From positions 38,418 through 102,417 of the forward strand of contig CAWELN010000011.1 of NCBI GenBank assembly GCA_963809795.1: a stretch of 64,000 nucleotides of DNA, in the 5' to 3' direction. This document shows positions 35,921-45,170 of this stretch, in pieces. Below the pieces are notes generated by a model. It made no database searches. It saw nothing but the letters and a program-made list of their open reading frames with translations, and had not been told where the DNA came from. The stretch's first letter is position 1. Each line of letters begins with the position of its first letter. The translations under genes and the position numbers were made by a program. The DNA is from an uncultured Actinomycetes bacterium. Its GTDB lineage: Bacteria; Actinomycetota; Acidimicrobiia; IMCC26256; DASPTH01.

Positions 35921-36772
35921 CTACGACATGGTGTGCGGACGCATCACGTGCTCCTGCGCGATCGACGCCAGCAGCCGGCCGGCGCCGTCGTGCACGGTGC
36001 CGGTGTAGTAGCCGCGGGCGCCGGCCGCGGCCATCGGCACGAGGTCGACGAGCACCCAGTCGTCCATCCGGCCGGCGTGGTGGAACCAGACCGAGTGGTC
36101 GAGGCTCGGACCCATCCACGGCGGGTCGCCGGGCGGCAGCTTGGCCAGTCCGGTCCCGACGTCGGACAGGTACGCGAGCACGCACGCGTGGAGCGGTGGG
36201 TCCTCGGGGAGCGGGCCCCGCGCCCGGGCCCAGAACCGGTGCGGGCTCCCGGGGAAGTCGCCGCGCGGTTCGCCGCGTCCGACGATGCGGAGATCGAAGA
36301 TCGACGCGTGCGGGGTGACCGTGGGCGCGGGCACGGCCTCCGGCGGCGGCACTCCGTCGGGCATGGCCAGCGCCTGGAACTCGGGGCCGTCCTCGTCGGC
36401 GTGGAACGACACCAGCACGCTCATGATCACCTCGCCGTCCTGCACCGCGGCGACGTGCCGGGCGGAGTACGACCCGCCGTCGCGGTCGCGGTCGACGTGC
36501 AGGATCGTCGGGCGGTCGGCGCGGCCGGCGCGCAGGAAGTAGCCGTGCAACGAGTGGAGGCTGCGATCGTCGGGCACGGTCAAGCTCGCGGCGCGGGCCG
36601 CCTGCGCCGCCACCTGACCGCCGAAGAGCCGCGGACGCCGCCGGTCACCTTCGGGATTCACCCCGCGGAAGATGTCACGATCGAGCTCCTCGAGATCGAG
36701 CACCCGCAACAGCTCGGCGACGTCACGCGACTCGGCCTCGCCCCGCTCGGGTGCCGCCGGCTGCTCGGTCAT
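35921..36772 (-). CDS. tesB: acyl-CoA thioesterase II
   Basis: Colinear with E. coli TesB (LLRVLDLEELDRDIFRG, LFGGQVAAQA, HSLHGYFLRAG, DGGSYSARHVAAVQDG, DHSVWFH). An in-frame ATG at 36922, 5 nt after the amidase stop, is an alternative start. Confidence 0.85.
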   Translation of the reverse strand: MTEQPAAPERGEAESRDVAELLRVLDLEELDRDIFRGVNPEGDRRRPRLFGGQVAAQAARAASLTVPDDRSLHSLHGYFLRAGRADRPTILHVDRDRDGGSYSARHVAAVQDGEVIMSVLVSFHADEDGPEFQALAMPDGVPPPEAVPAPTVTPHASIFDLRIVGRGEPRGDFPGSPHRFWARARGPLPEDPPLHACVLAYLSDVGTGLAKLPPGDPPWMGPSLDHSVWFHHAGRMDDWVLVDLVPMAAAGARGYYTGTVHDGAGRLLASIAQEHVMRPHTMS

Positions 36773-36926
36773 CGCCGGAACCGTAGACGGCACCACCGCC
36801 ACGGCCGTGCCCCGCTCGCCGAGGCGGCCCTGGGCGCGCCGCGTCACCAGCGCGGCGGTGGGGTCCTCCCGCTCGCGCGCTTTGAACGGGTCCGGCAACG
36901 TCTTCCGGGCCTGGGTGTCCATCGGG

Positions 36927-38411
36927 TCATCCGCGTCCGGTGGTGGGTCGGGCAGGCGATGCGACCGGGGCCGCGAGCGCGGAGATCGGGGGCACCCGGT
37001 CGGCCCAGGGCCGGGCCCGCTCGAGCTGCCCCGCGAGCTGCAGCAACGTCGCCTCGTCCCCGAACCGCCCGAGGAACTGCACGCCGATCGGGAGACCGGC
37101 GGCGTTCCACCACAGCGGCACCGACATCGCCGGGTTGCCGGTGAAGTTGGCGATGACCCCCGAGTACGCGATGGTACGGCTACCGCGTTCGAGTGCGCGC
37201 GTCGGTGCGTCGGGGGTCGACGTGATCTCGCCGATGCGAGCCGGTGGCTCCGACAGCGTGGGAGTGAGCACGGAGTCGAACCCGTCGAGGAAGTGGGCGA
37301 TCCGCCGTGACAGGCGCTGGAGCTCCTCGACCGCGATGAGGTAGGCGGAGGCCGGGACCGCGCGGCCCTGCTCCCAGAAGTGCCGGGTGAGCGGTTCGAG
37401 CTCGCCGACCTGTGGCTCGCGACCGAGCTCACGCACCCAGTACGCCACGATCCACGCCGTCGCGGAGTCGAAGACCGTGCCGATCGCGCTCCCGGTCACC
37501 TCGTCGAACGCCGGCACGTCAGCCTCCACCATCTCGTGACCGAGCTCGTCGAGCAGCGCGACCGCGTCGTCGAGCGCGGCGATGCAGTCGTCGTGGCCAG
37601 GTTCACCAGACGCGGTGCGGGGGCTGTACGCGATGCGCAATCGGCGGGGTTCGGTCTCGAGCTCGGCCGAGAAGGCGCGCACGGGCGGTGGTGCCACGTA
37701 CGGATCCCCCGGTGCCGGGCCCGCGACCGCGTCGAGCAGCGCGGCCGCGTCGCGTACCGAGCGGGTCACGGCGAACTCGCACCCCCACCCGTGCACGATG
37801 TCGCCGTATCGGGGCGCGTACGACACCCGGGCCCGGGTGGGCTTCAAGCCGAACAGTCCGCACGCCGATGCCGGATAGCGGATCGAGCCGCCGAGGTCGT
37901 CGGCGTGCGCCATGGGCACCATGCGGGAGGCGACGGCGGCGGCGGAGCCCCCGCTCGAGCCGCTCGTCGACCGGTCGGGATCCCACGGGTTGCGGGTCGG
38001 GCCGAACCGCTCCGGTTCGCATGCCGGCGCCATGCCGAACTCGGGCGTGTTGGTCTTGCCGAGGATCACCAAGCCCGCACGCCGGAATCGCGTCACCAGC
38101 TCGGACTCGTACGTGGAGACGTGTTCGCCGAGGAAGCGCGAGCCCTCGCAGAACCGCACACCTTCCATCTCCACCGCGAGGTCCTTCAGCAGGAACGGCA
38201 CGCCGGCGAACGGTCCGGTCACCCCCACGCGGGCGGCATCCAGGGCACGCTCGAAGGTCGGTGTGATCACCGCATTCAGCGTCGGGTTCAGCGCCTCGAT
38301 GCGCTCGATGCCCGCCTGCACGAGCTCGACCGCGTCGACCTCACCGGTGCGGACCAGCGCAGCCTGCGCGGTGGCATCGAGCCCGGCGACGTCCTCGGCC
38401 ACCGTGCTCAT
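36927..38411 (-). CDS. amidase (amidase signature family)
   Basis: ATG 38411. GKTNTPEFG and [12 protein letters not shown] signature. 494 aa. Start overlaps the amine oxidase stop by 1 nt (TGATG). Confidence 0.9.
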   Translation of the reverse strand: MSTVAEDVAGLDATAQAALVRTGEVDAVELVQAGIERIEALNPTLNAVITPTFERALDAARVGVTGPFAGVPFLLKDLAVEMEGVRFCEGSRFLGEHVSTYESELVTRFRRAGLVILGKTNTPEFGMAPACEPERFGPTRNPWDPDRSTSGSSGGSAAAVASRMVPMAHADDLGGSIRYPASACGLFGLKPTRARVSYAPRYGDIVHGWGCEFAVTRSVRDAAALLDAVAGPAPGDPYVAPPPVRAFSAELETEPRRLRIAYSPRTASGEPGHDDCIAALDDAVALLDELGHEMVEADVPAFDEVTGSAIGTVFDSATAWIVAYWVRELGREPQVGELEPLTRHFWEQGRAVPASAYLIAVEELQRLSRRIAHFLDGFDSVLTPTLSEPPARIGEITSTPDAPTRALERGSRTIAYSGVIANFTGNPAMSVPLWWNAAGLPIGVQFLGRFGDEATLLQLAGQLERARPWADRVPPISALAAPVASPARPTTGRG

Positions 38412-40321
38412 CAGTCGGCGTGACAGCTGGTGCTGCTCGCCGTCGGCGCGACGTCGAGCGCGGGGTTGCGGTCGAAGAAGCCGAACGGCGAGAGCACGAA
38501 CCCCGTGTACTCGACCGGCATCACCGGCCAGTCTTCGGGGCGCACGAAGTGGGTGACGCCGAACGTGTACCAGAGCACGACGTCGGTGTCGACGAGCGAC
38601 CGGTCGGCGGCGGTCCACCGCGGCAGGCCGTCGCCACCTTCGTGCTGGTTGGGGAACTCGCCCGCGGCGCGTCGCTCGTCGGCGCGGTACGGCGTGACCC
38701 ACAGGTTGTGACGGGCGAAGCCGGCGCGCCGGCCCACGCTCGAGTCCGGTGCCGCCAGCATCGTCGGGGTCGACGCGGTGGGGACGAGCCGGTAGCCGAC
38801 GGGCTGGTCGAGCCCGTTGCGGCTGGCTTCGTTCACCACGCGCCACGCACGGCTGGTCGCGGCGTTGGTGTCGCGCCGGGCCGCCAGCTCGCTCGCCAGC
38901 GGCGTGACACGCGAGCGGAACGCGTTGCCCCACGGGTTGTCGGGGCCGGGGGGCACCGCTTCCGCCTCGACCTCGTAGACCGAGTTCACCGGGCCGTCGA
39001 CGTCGAGGTCGAGCCGGGCCGAGAAGAGGTGCTGGTGGTGCGGCGCGGCGATGCCGGGCGCGATCACGTTGGCGAACTCGGGCTGCATACCGGGCTCGAT
39101 GGCCATCGGCGACACGATCCCGGTGAGCTTCACCTCCAGTTGGATGTTGCCGTCGAGGTAGAAGTACCAGTAGAAGCCGTACTCGTAGTTGCCGACGGTG
39201 GCGATGAAGCTGACGACCAGCCGACGCGATCGCCGCGTCTCGTCGGTGCCGCCGTGCAGGTCGTGGTGCTTCCAGAGGATCCCGTAGTCCTCCTCGTGGA
39301 GGCACACCGCGTTCGGGACCGTGTAGGGCTGTCCCTGCTCGGTGCTCAGCACCGCGTCGAAGTAGTGGATGACGCCCAGGCAGTCGCAGCCGAGTTGGAG
39401 CGAGTTGCCCATGCGGCCGAGGCCCCACTCGCCGGCGTCGAACGCGTTCTTCCACCCGTGCATCGGGCCGGGGTCGCCGTAGGGCACGACCATCTCGGAG
39501 ATCGACGCCCGGTACAGCACCGGCCGGACCCGGTCGCCGTCGTGGTAGCCGACGGTGTGCAGGACGAGGCCCTCGTACGGGTCGAAGCCGACGCGGAACG
39601 ACCACCGCGACCAGCGCACGTGGTTGCCGTCGACCACGAAGCTCGCACCGTCGGGCTGCACGATCTCCAGCGGCTGGAGGTCGTCGCGCATCGGCCCGAT
39701 GTCGTCGGCGAGGTACGCGCCCCGGTCGGTCGGCATGGGCACGACGCCGAGGTCGACCACCTCGAGCACCTCGCCCGCACCCTGGTCGAAGAACGCGATG
39801 ACGCCCTCGATCGGTTGGGCGTATCCGTTGTCCTGCGGTCGCGCCCGCAGGTAGGAGATGCAGCGGCTGATCCGCCGGCCGTCCTCGTGGGCGACACCGA
39901 ACGATCCCGCCGGCCACGGGTCGATCTGCACGCGGTCGAAGTCGTCGATGCCGCGCCGCCGCAGCGCGGCCTGCCACTCCGGGTGCTCCTTCACCTTCAC
40001 GATGGCCGACATCGACTCGCCGAAGAGCAGCGCGGGCCGCATGTCGGGATGCACCGCCCACGAACGGACCTCGCCCTTCGTGACCGAGACGACGACCTCG
40101 GTCACCTCCAGGCGCCCGGGCGGCACGAGCAGCGCCTCCAGCTCCCGGTCGACGGGGGCGCCCGGTTCGTGTCCGAGCACCGTGGTCTTGTCCGGCTCGT
40201 GCAGGCGCACGTGGACGAACGCGGCGTCGACCTCGAAGCGGGGATCGGCGGTGATCACCGCGACCGCGCGGCTGACCTCGTCGGACGTGAGGGCGTCGAG
40301 CGGGTGCGCCGCCGCGGGCAT
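38411..40321 (-). CDS. copper-containing primary amine oxidase (topaquinone enzyme)
   Basis: 636 aa. TPQ consensus [11 protein letters not shown], Cu ligand region APHHQHLF, and C-terminal [19 protein letters not shown]. No signal peptide visible. Confidence 0.93.
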   Translation of the reverse strand: MPAAAHPLDALTSDEVSRAVAVITADPRFEVDAAFVHVRLHEPDKTTVLGHEPGAPVDRELEALLVPPGRLEVTEVVVSVTKGEVRSWAVHPDMRPALLFGESMSAIVKVKEHPEWQAALRRRGIDDFDRVQIDPWPAGSFGVAHEDGRRISRCISYLRARPQDNGYAQPIEGVIAFFDQGAGEVLEVVDLGVVPMPTDRGAYLADDIGPMRDDLQPLEIVQPDGASFVVDGNHVRWSRWSFRVGFDPYEGLVLHTVGYHDGDRVRPVLYRASISEMVVPYGDPGPMHGWKNAFDAGEWGLGRMGNSLQLGCDCLGVIHYFDAVLSTEQGQPYTVPNAVCLHEEDYGILWKHHDLHGGTDETRRSRRLVVSFIATVGNYEYGFYWYFYLDGNIQLEVKLTGIVSPMAIEPGMQPEFANVIAPGIAAPHHQHLFSARLDLDVDGPVNSVYEVEAEAVPPGPDNPWGNAFRSRVTPLASELAARRDTNAATSRAWRVVNEASRNGLDQPVGYRLVPTASTPTMLAAPDSSVGRRAGFARHNLWVTPYRADERRAAGEFPNQHEGGDGLPRWTAADRSLVDTDVVLWYTFGVTHFVRPEDWPVMPVEYTGFVLSPFGFFDRNPALDVAPTASSTSCHAD

Positions 40322-41116
40322 TCAGCCGCCCGCGGTCTGCTGGCGCATGTACTCGGCGGTGCCGGACACGAAGCCTTCCACGTTGTTCGCCTTCCCCGTG
40401 GCGAACTCCTTGAAGTACTCGGGGATGTACACCTCGATCGCCCCGCGGTCGAGCGCGTCGAAGGTCGCGTCGACGAGCTCGCCGACGGTGATGAACTCGA
40501 CCGGTGCGGTGAACGGATCGTTGTCGGGCATCTGGAAGAGCGGGGTGTCGACCACCCCGGGATAGACGACGAGCACCTTGACCCCGCTGTCCCAGAGGTC
40601 GATCGCCATCGCCTCCGAGAACACCGCCAGCGCCGACTTCGACGCGTCGTACGCCGCCTCGCCCGGCGACGAGAGGGTGGCGGCGACAGACGAGACGTTG
40701 ACGATGTGCCCGGCGCCGCGCTCGATCATCTGCGGGAGCAGCGCCAGGGTCAGGCGGGTCGGTCCGAGGAAGTTCACCTGCATCACCGTGTCGACGGTGG
40801 CGGCGTCGAGGGCCCGGACGTTGCGCCGCTTGGGGATGCCGGCGTTGTTGACCAGCACGTCGACGCCGCCCATGGCGGCCACCGCGTCGGTGGCGAGGCG
40901 GTCGACGGCGTCGGCGTCGCCCAGATCGGCGGGCAGCTCGTGCACCGTCGCGCCGTGGCTGCGGCACAGCTCGGCGGTGGCGCCGAGCCGGCCCTCGTCG
41001 CGGCCGTTGAGCGCCACGATCGCACCCCGGATGGCGAACTGCTCGGCCAATCCGGCGCCGATGCCCGACGACGCCCCCGTGACCAGGACGCGACTTCCTT
41101 GCCAATCGATCCCCAT
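40322..41116 (-). CDS. short-chain dehydrogenase/reductase (SDR)
   Basis: ATG 41116. VLVTGASSGIG, NNAG, YDASKSA. The stop abuts the amine oxidase start. Confidence 0.85.
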   Translation of the reverse strand: MGIDWQGSRVLVTGASSGIGAGLAEQFAIRGAIVALNGRDEGRLGATAELCRSHGATVHELPADLGDADAVDRLATDAVAAMGGVDVLVNNAGIPKRRNVRALDAATVDTVMQVNFLGPTRLTLALLPQMIERGAGHIVNVSSVAATLSSPGEAAYDASKSALAVFSEAMAIDLWDSGVKVLVVYPGVVDTPLFQMPDNDPFTAPVEFITVGELVDATFDALDRGAIEVYIPEYFKEFATGKANNVEGFVSGTAEYMRQQTAGG

Positions 41117-41200
41117 AGGTCCGGCACGGTAGGTCACGCACCGAAGGGGGGTCCACCGCGTCGTACGCTCGTGTCCCGCGACGCATGGCGAGGAGGCACG

Positions 41201-42766
41201 ATGCCGCTCCAGGGACGCCCACTCGACGCGCCCGTCGATCTCCGGGACGTGTTGCGGGTGGGGCTCGACACCGGACCCGACGCGGTCGCGATCGGCAGTG
41301 CGGTCGATCGGATGACGTGGCGCGAGCTGGACGAGACCAGCGACCGGTTGGCTCGCAACTACCTCGCGCTCGGCCTGCAGCCGGGCGACCGGCTCGCGTC
41401 GCTGTTGCCCAACCGCACCTACCTGGTGGTGCACTACCTGGCCTGCATCAAGGCCGGACTCGTCGCCACGCCCTTGAACTACCGCTACGCGCCACCCGAG
41501 ATCGACCACGCGCTCGGCGTCAGCGGGGCGGCGGCGCTCGTGGCCCACGGCGAGCGCGGCGACGACCTCGCCGCCTGCGCGCTCGCGTCCGAGCTGCGGC
41601 ACGGGATCATCGCGCTCGAAGGTCTCGTCGGTGACGGTCCGACGCTCGAGCAGCTGTGTCGTGAAGAGCACGGCGCGGTGACCCTGCCCGACGTCGCGCC
41701 GTCCGATCCCGCCGCGATCTTCTTCACGTCCGGGAGCACCGGGCCCGCGAAGGGCGTGACCCACAGCCTCGAGACGCTGGGCTGGATGTGCGCGAGCGCG
41801 GCCGACGCGTTCGAGCTCACCGCGGCCGACACGTTCCTGCCCGGGTCCTCGATGTCGCACGTCGGATCGTTCCTGTGGGCCCTGGCGTCGCTCTCGGTCG
41901 GGGCGCGTGTGGTCGTGGCCCGGACGTTCGACGCCGGCGAGATCCTCCCGCTGTTGCGGGAGCACCGCCCCACCGTGCTGGCCATGCTCCCGGCGGCCCT
42001 CACCGCACTGGTGCGCCATCCCGGGGTCACCGCAGCCGACTTCGCCTCGTTGCGGGTGTGCCGCGCCGGTTCCGACTCGGTGTCGCTCGAGCTCGAACGC
42101 GAGTTCTCCCATCTCGTCGGCTTCCTCATCGACGAGGGCTACGGCATGACCGAGGTGGGCCTGGCCACGCTGAACCCGCCGTCCGGGCCGATCAAGCAGG
42201 GATCGATCGGCCGTCCGATCGCGGGCTTCGACATCTGCGTGCGCGACGACGACCACGTCGAGTGCGAGCTCGGCACCGTCGGCCGGGTGTGGATCCGGAC
42301 CCGCAGCCAGACCATCGGCTACTGGGAGAACCCCGACGCCACCGCCGAGATCCTGCGCGCCGGCTGGCTCGACTCCGGGGATCTCGCGCACGCCGACGAC
42401 GACGGTTACCTGTGGTTCTTCGGGCGCAAGAAGCAGATCATCGTCCACGACGGCTCGAACATCAGCCCGATGGAGGTGGAGGACGCGCTCGCCGAGCACC
42501 CGGCGGTCTCGCTGGTCGGCGTGATCGGCATCCGTGACGAGGTGCACGGCGAGAACGTGCGTGCCTACGTGACGGTCAAGGACGGCGCGGAACCGCCCTC
42601 GAGCCAGGAGCTGATCGACTTCGCCCGGGCGCGGGTCGGGTACAAGGCGCCGGAGGAGGTGGTGTTCCTGGACGAGATGCCCGTGAACCCCACCGGGAAG
42701 CTGGACCGGGTCGGGCTCAAGCGGATGGCCGAGGAGCACCTGCACCCGCACGGTCTGCCCGCGTGA
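41201..42766 (+). CDS. AMP-dependent acyl-CoA ligase
   Basis: ATG 41201 after AGGAGG. FTSGSTGPAKGV, GYGMTE, SGDLAHADDDGYLWFFGRKKQIIV, NPTGKLDR. Confidence 0.88.
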   Translation: MPLQGRPLDAPVDLRDVLRVGLDTGPDAVAIGSAVDRMTWRELDETSDRLARNYLALGLQPGDRLASLLPNRTYLVVHYLACIKAGLVATPLNYRYAPPEIDHALGVSGAAALVAHGERGDDLAACALASELRHGIIALEGLVGDGPTLEQLCREEHGAVTLPDVAPSDPAAIFFTSGSTGPAKGVTHSLETLGWMCASAADAFELTAADTFLPGSSMSHVGSFLWALASLSVGARVVVARTFDAGEILPLLREHRPTVLAMLPAALTALVRHPGVTAADFASLRVCRAGSDSVSLELEREFSHLVGFLIDEGYGMTEVGLATLNPPSGPIKQGSIGRPIAGFDICVRDDDHVECELGTVGRVWIRTRSQTIGYWENPDATAEILRAGWLDSGDLAHADDDGYLWFFGRKKQIIVHDGSNISPMEVEDALAEHPAVSLVGVIGIRDEVHGENVRAYVTVKDGAEPPSSQELIDFARARVGYKAPEEVVFLDEMPVNPTGKLDRVGLKRMAEEHLHPHGLPA

Positions 42767-42776
42767 CCCGGGCTGC

Positions 42777-42807
42777 TTGACTCTCCCCCGGCGGGAGAGT
42801 GCACGAT
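42777..42807 (+). promoter_or_regulatory. MerR-type promoter: TTGACT - 19-nt spacer containing inverted repeat CTCTCCC/GGGAGAG - CACGAT
   Basis: TTGACT 42777-42782. IR arms at 42781-42787 and 42793-42799. Spacer exactly 19 nt (42783-42801). -10-like CACGAT 42802-42807. Located immediately upstream of, and overlapping, the annotated MerR start. Confidence 0.45.
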
Positions 42808-43662
42808 CACCCGGTGGACGACGACCTCCTGCCGATCGGCATGTTCTCCCGGGCGAGCTCGCTCTCGATCAAGACCCTGCGCGCCTACCACGAGTCGGGC
42901 ATCCTGGTGCCGGCACGCGTCGATCCACAGACCGGGTACCGCAGCTACACCGTCGACCAGCTCGCCGACGCGGCCATCGTGCAGCGACTCCGCCGACTCG
43001 ACCTGCCGCTCGAGCAGGTGCGGGCGGTGCTGGAGGCGCGCGACCCGGAGACCACGCGACGCGTCCTCGGGGAGCACCGGCGGGAGATGCAGCTGCGGCT
43101 GGAGGAGACGGAGCGGATCGTCGCCGAGCTGCAGTCGGTCGTCGCGCCGACCACGCACACCCCGGTGCACCTGCGCACCGAGGCGGCGACGCAGTCGGTG
43201 CGGATCACCGGCCTGGTCGAGCCGGACGAGTTCAGTGACTGGCTGGCGTGGGCCTACGGCGAGCTCGGCGCGTTCCTCGACCGGCACGGCGTGGCGCCCA
43301 GCGGCGCGCCGGGCGGTCTCTACGCGGCAGAGCTGGCCGACGACGGTCCCGAGACCGCGGAGGCGTTCCTCCCCGTCGCCGCGCCCGTCGTCGTGCCCGC
43401 GCGCGAACGCCACGTGACCGTCGGCGAGGTGCCGGCGGCGCGGGTCGCGGTGCTCGTCCACGCCGGCGACTACGACACCATCGGCGACACGTACCGCACG
43501 CTCGGGGCCTGGGTGGCGCGTCACGCCGAGCACGCCGGCGAGCGCGTGCGCGAGTGGTACGTGATCGGCCCGCTCGACGCGGCCGACGTCTCCGAGTACC
43601 GCACCGAGATCTCGTGGCCGATCCGAACGGCCACGTCCCCCACCGAAGGAGCACCCTCGTGA
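42799..43662 (+). CDS. MerR family transcriptional regulator with GyrI-like effector-binding domain
   Basis: IGMFSRASSLSIKTLRAYHESGIL HTH, coiled-coil region, and a C-terminal GyrI/BmrR-like domain (YRTEISWPI). The in-frame GTG 42814 may be the true (possibly leaderless) start. Confidence 0.85.
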   Translation: MHDHPVDDDLLPIGMFSRASSLSIKTLRAYHESGILVPARVDPQTGYRSYTVDQLADAAIVQRLRRLDLPLEQVRAVLEARDPETTRRVLGEHRREMQLRLEETERIVAELQSVVAPTTHTPVHLRTEAATQSVRITGLVEPDEFSDWLAWAYGELGAFLDRHGVAPSGAPGGLYAAELADDGPETAEAFLPVAAPVVVPARERHVTVGEVPAARVAVLVHAGDYDTIGDTYRTLGAWVARHAEHAGERVREWYVIGPLDAADVSEYRTEISWPIRTATSPTEGAPS

Positions 43663-44003
43663 GCATCGAACTGGGCAACGTGACCCTCGACTGTGACGAC
43701 CCCGGAACCGTGGCCGCGTTCTGGTCGGCCGCCCTCGACCGGCCCGTCGACGACGGGGGCAGCGAGTTCTTCGTGTCGATCGGCATGCACGACACCTCCC
43801 GGCCCGGGTGGTTCTTCATCAAGGTGCCCGAGCACAAGCAGGTGAAGAACCGCGCGCACTTCGACCTCCACGCCGACGACCGTGACGCCGAGGTCGCGCG
43901 CCTGCTGGGTCTGGGTGCGACCAAGGTCGGGGACTACGACGAGTACGGCACCCGTTGGACGACGCTGCAGGACGTCGAGGGCAACGAGTTCTGCGTCGCA
44001 TGA
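43659..44003 (+). CDS. VOC/glyoxalase-like domain protein
   Basis: GTG overlaps the MerR stop (GTGA) and is preceded by GAAGGAG. NRAHFDLHADDRDAEVARLLGLGA...LQDVEGNEFCV is typical of the short glyoxalase-like family. Confidence 0.75.
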   Translation: MSIELGNVTLDCDDPGTVAAFWSAALDRPVDDGGSEFFVSIGMHDTSRPGWFFIKVPEHKQVKNRAHFDLHADDRDAEVARLLGLGATKVGDYDEYGTRWTTLQDVEGNEFCVA

Positions 44004-45148
44004 CCACGTTCACGCTCTTCGACACGCCCATCGGCCGCTGCGGGATCGCGTGGGACGGCGAGATGGTCGTCGGCGTCCAGTTGCCGGAGGCGCGGGTGGC
44101 CGACACCCGGACGCGCTTGCGCGAGCGCTTCGACGGTGCGCGGGCGGGCACACCACCGCCCCCGGTGCAGTCGGCGATCGACCGGATCGTTTCCTCGTTG
44201 CGGGGCCGGGCCGACGACCTGGTCGACATCCCGCTCGACCTCGCGTCGCTCCCGCCCTTCCAACGGAAGGTGTACGAGGTGGTGCGCACCATCCCCGCCG
44301 GCGAGACGATGTCGTACTCGGAGGTGGCGGCGGAGGTCGGGTCGCCCGGCGCGGCGCGTGCCGTCGGCCAGGCGCTCGGCCGGAACCCCTACGCGATCGT
44401 CGTGCCGTGCCATCGCGTGCTGGCGGCCGGAGGGCGGACGGGCGGGTTCTCGGCGACGGGCGGGGTGGCCACGAAGCTGCGGATGCTCGCGATCGAAGGG
44501 GTGCGCACCGTCGACGGCGACACGGGGTTCCCGTTCGATCGGAACGCGGCGGTCGACTACCTGCGCGCGTCCGACGCGGCGCTGGCGCGGTTGATCGACC
44601 GGGTCGGGCCGTTCACGCTCGAGCTCGAGCCCACGCCGAGCGTGTTCGGCAGCTTGGCGCAGGCGATCGTCCACCAACAGCTCAGCGTCAAAGCCGCGGC
44701 GACGATCTACCGGCGTCTCGGCGACCTGTTCCCGCGGACCCGGCACGGGTTCACCGCTCCCGATGTGCTGCGCGCCTCGGAGGAGCAGTTGCGGGGCGTC
44801 GGCCTGTCACGGGCGAAGGTGCTCGCGCTGCGCGACCTGGCACAGCGGACGGTCGACGGGACGCTGCCCACCCTCGCGGAGATCAGACGGCTCGACGACG
44901 ACGCGATCGTCGACCGGCTCTCCGCGGTACGGGGCATCGGGCGCTGGAGCGCGGAGATGTTCCTGATCACCCACCTCGGTCGCGCCGACGTGTTGCCGGT
45001 CGACGACTTCGGCCTGCGGCGCGGCTTCCAGCGCGCGTTCCGGACCAAGGTGGTGCCGTCCCCGCACGAGGTCGCACGCCGCGGCGAGCGCTGGCGACCG
45101 TTCCGCACCGTCGCCGCCTGGTACCTCTGGCGGGCGCTCGAGCTCTGA
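44000..45148 (+). CDS. fusion: methylated-DNA-protein-cysteine methyltransferase (Ogt) + DNA-3-methyladenine glycosylase II (AlkA, HhH-GPD)
   Basis: ATG overlaps the previous stop (ATGA). N-terminal half has the PCHRV active site and RAVGQALGRNP. C-terminal half has HhH-GPD features (LSRAKVLALRDLA, VRGIGRWSAEMFL, LPVDDFGLRRG). Confidence 0.88.
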   Translation: MTTFTLFDTPIGRCGIAWDGEMVVGVQLPEARVADTRTRLRERFDGARAGTPPPPVQSAIDRIVSSLRGRADDLVDIPLDLASLPPFQRKVYEVVRTIPAGETMSYSEVAAEVGSPGAARAVGQALGRNPYAIVVPCHRVLAAGGRTGGFSATGGVATKLRMLAIEGVRTVDGDTGFPFDRNAAVDYLRASDAALARLIDRVGPFTLELEPTPSVFGSLAQAIVHQQLSVKAAATIYRRLGDLFPRTRHGFTAPDVLRASEEQLRGVGLSRAKVLALRDLAQRTVDGTLPTLAEIRRLDDDAIVDRLSAVRGIGRWSAEMFLITHLGRADVLPVDDFGLRRGFQRAFRTKVVPSPHEVARRGERWRPFRTVAAWYLWRALEL

Positions 45149-45170
45149 GGACGCGTACCGGTATCGGGGA

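Noticed and set aside
36773-36926. Separate small gene between the amidase and TesB
   Set aside because: The region is in frame with TesB and has coding-like third-position GC. It is therefore better read as a possible N-terminal extension (ATG 36922) than as an independent gene. I kept the conservative TesB start at 36772 and flagged the alternative.
36927-41222. 1431-aa minus-strand ORF
   Set aside because: Only the C-terminal 494 codons (amidase, from ATG 38411) make sense. The rest is an out-of-frame read-through across the amine oxidase and SDR genes, which have their own clearly coding frames.
38420-42766. 1448-aa plus-strand ORF, the longest in the track
   Set aside because: Only the last 521 codons (from AGGAGG-ATG at 41201) are protein-like (acyl-CoA ligase). 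The upstream ~930 codons are antisense to the amine oxidase and SDR genes. They are Arg/Gly/Asp/His/Val-rich with no family motifs, a typical high-GC shadow ORF.
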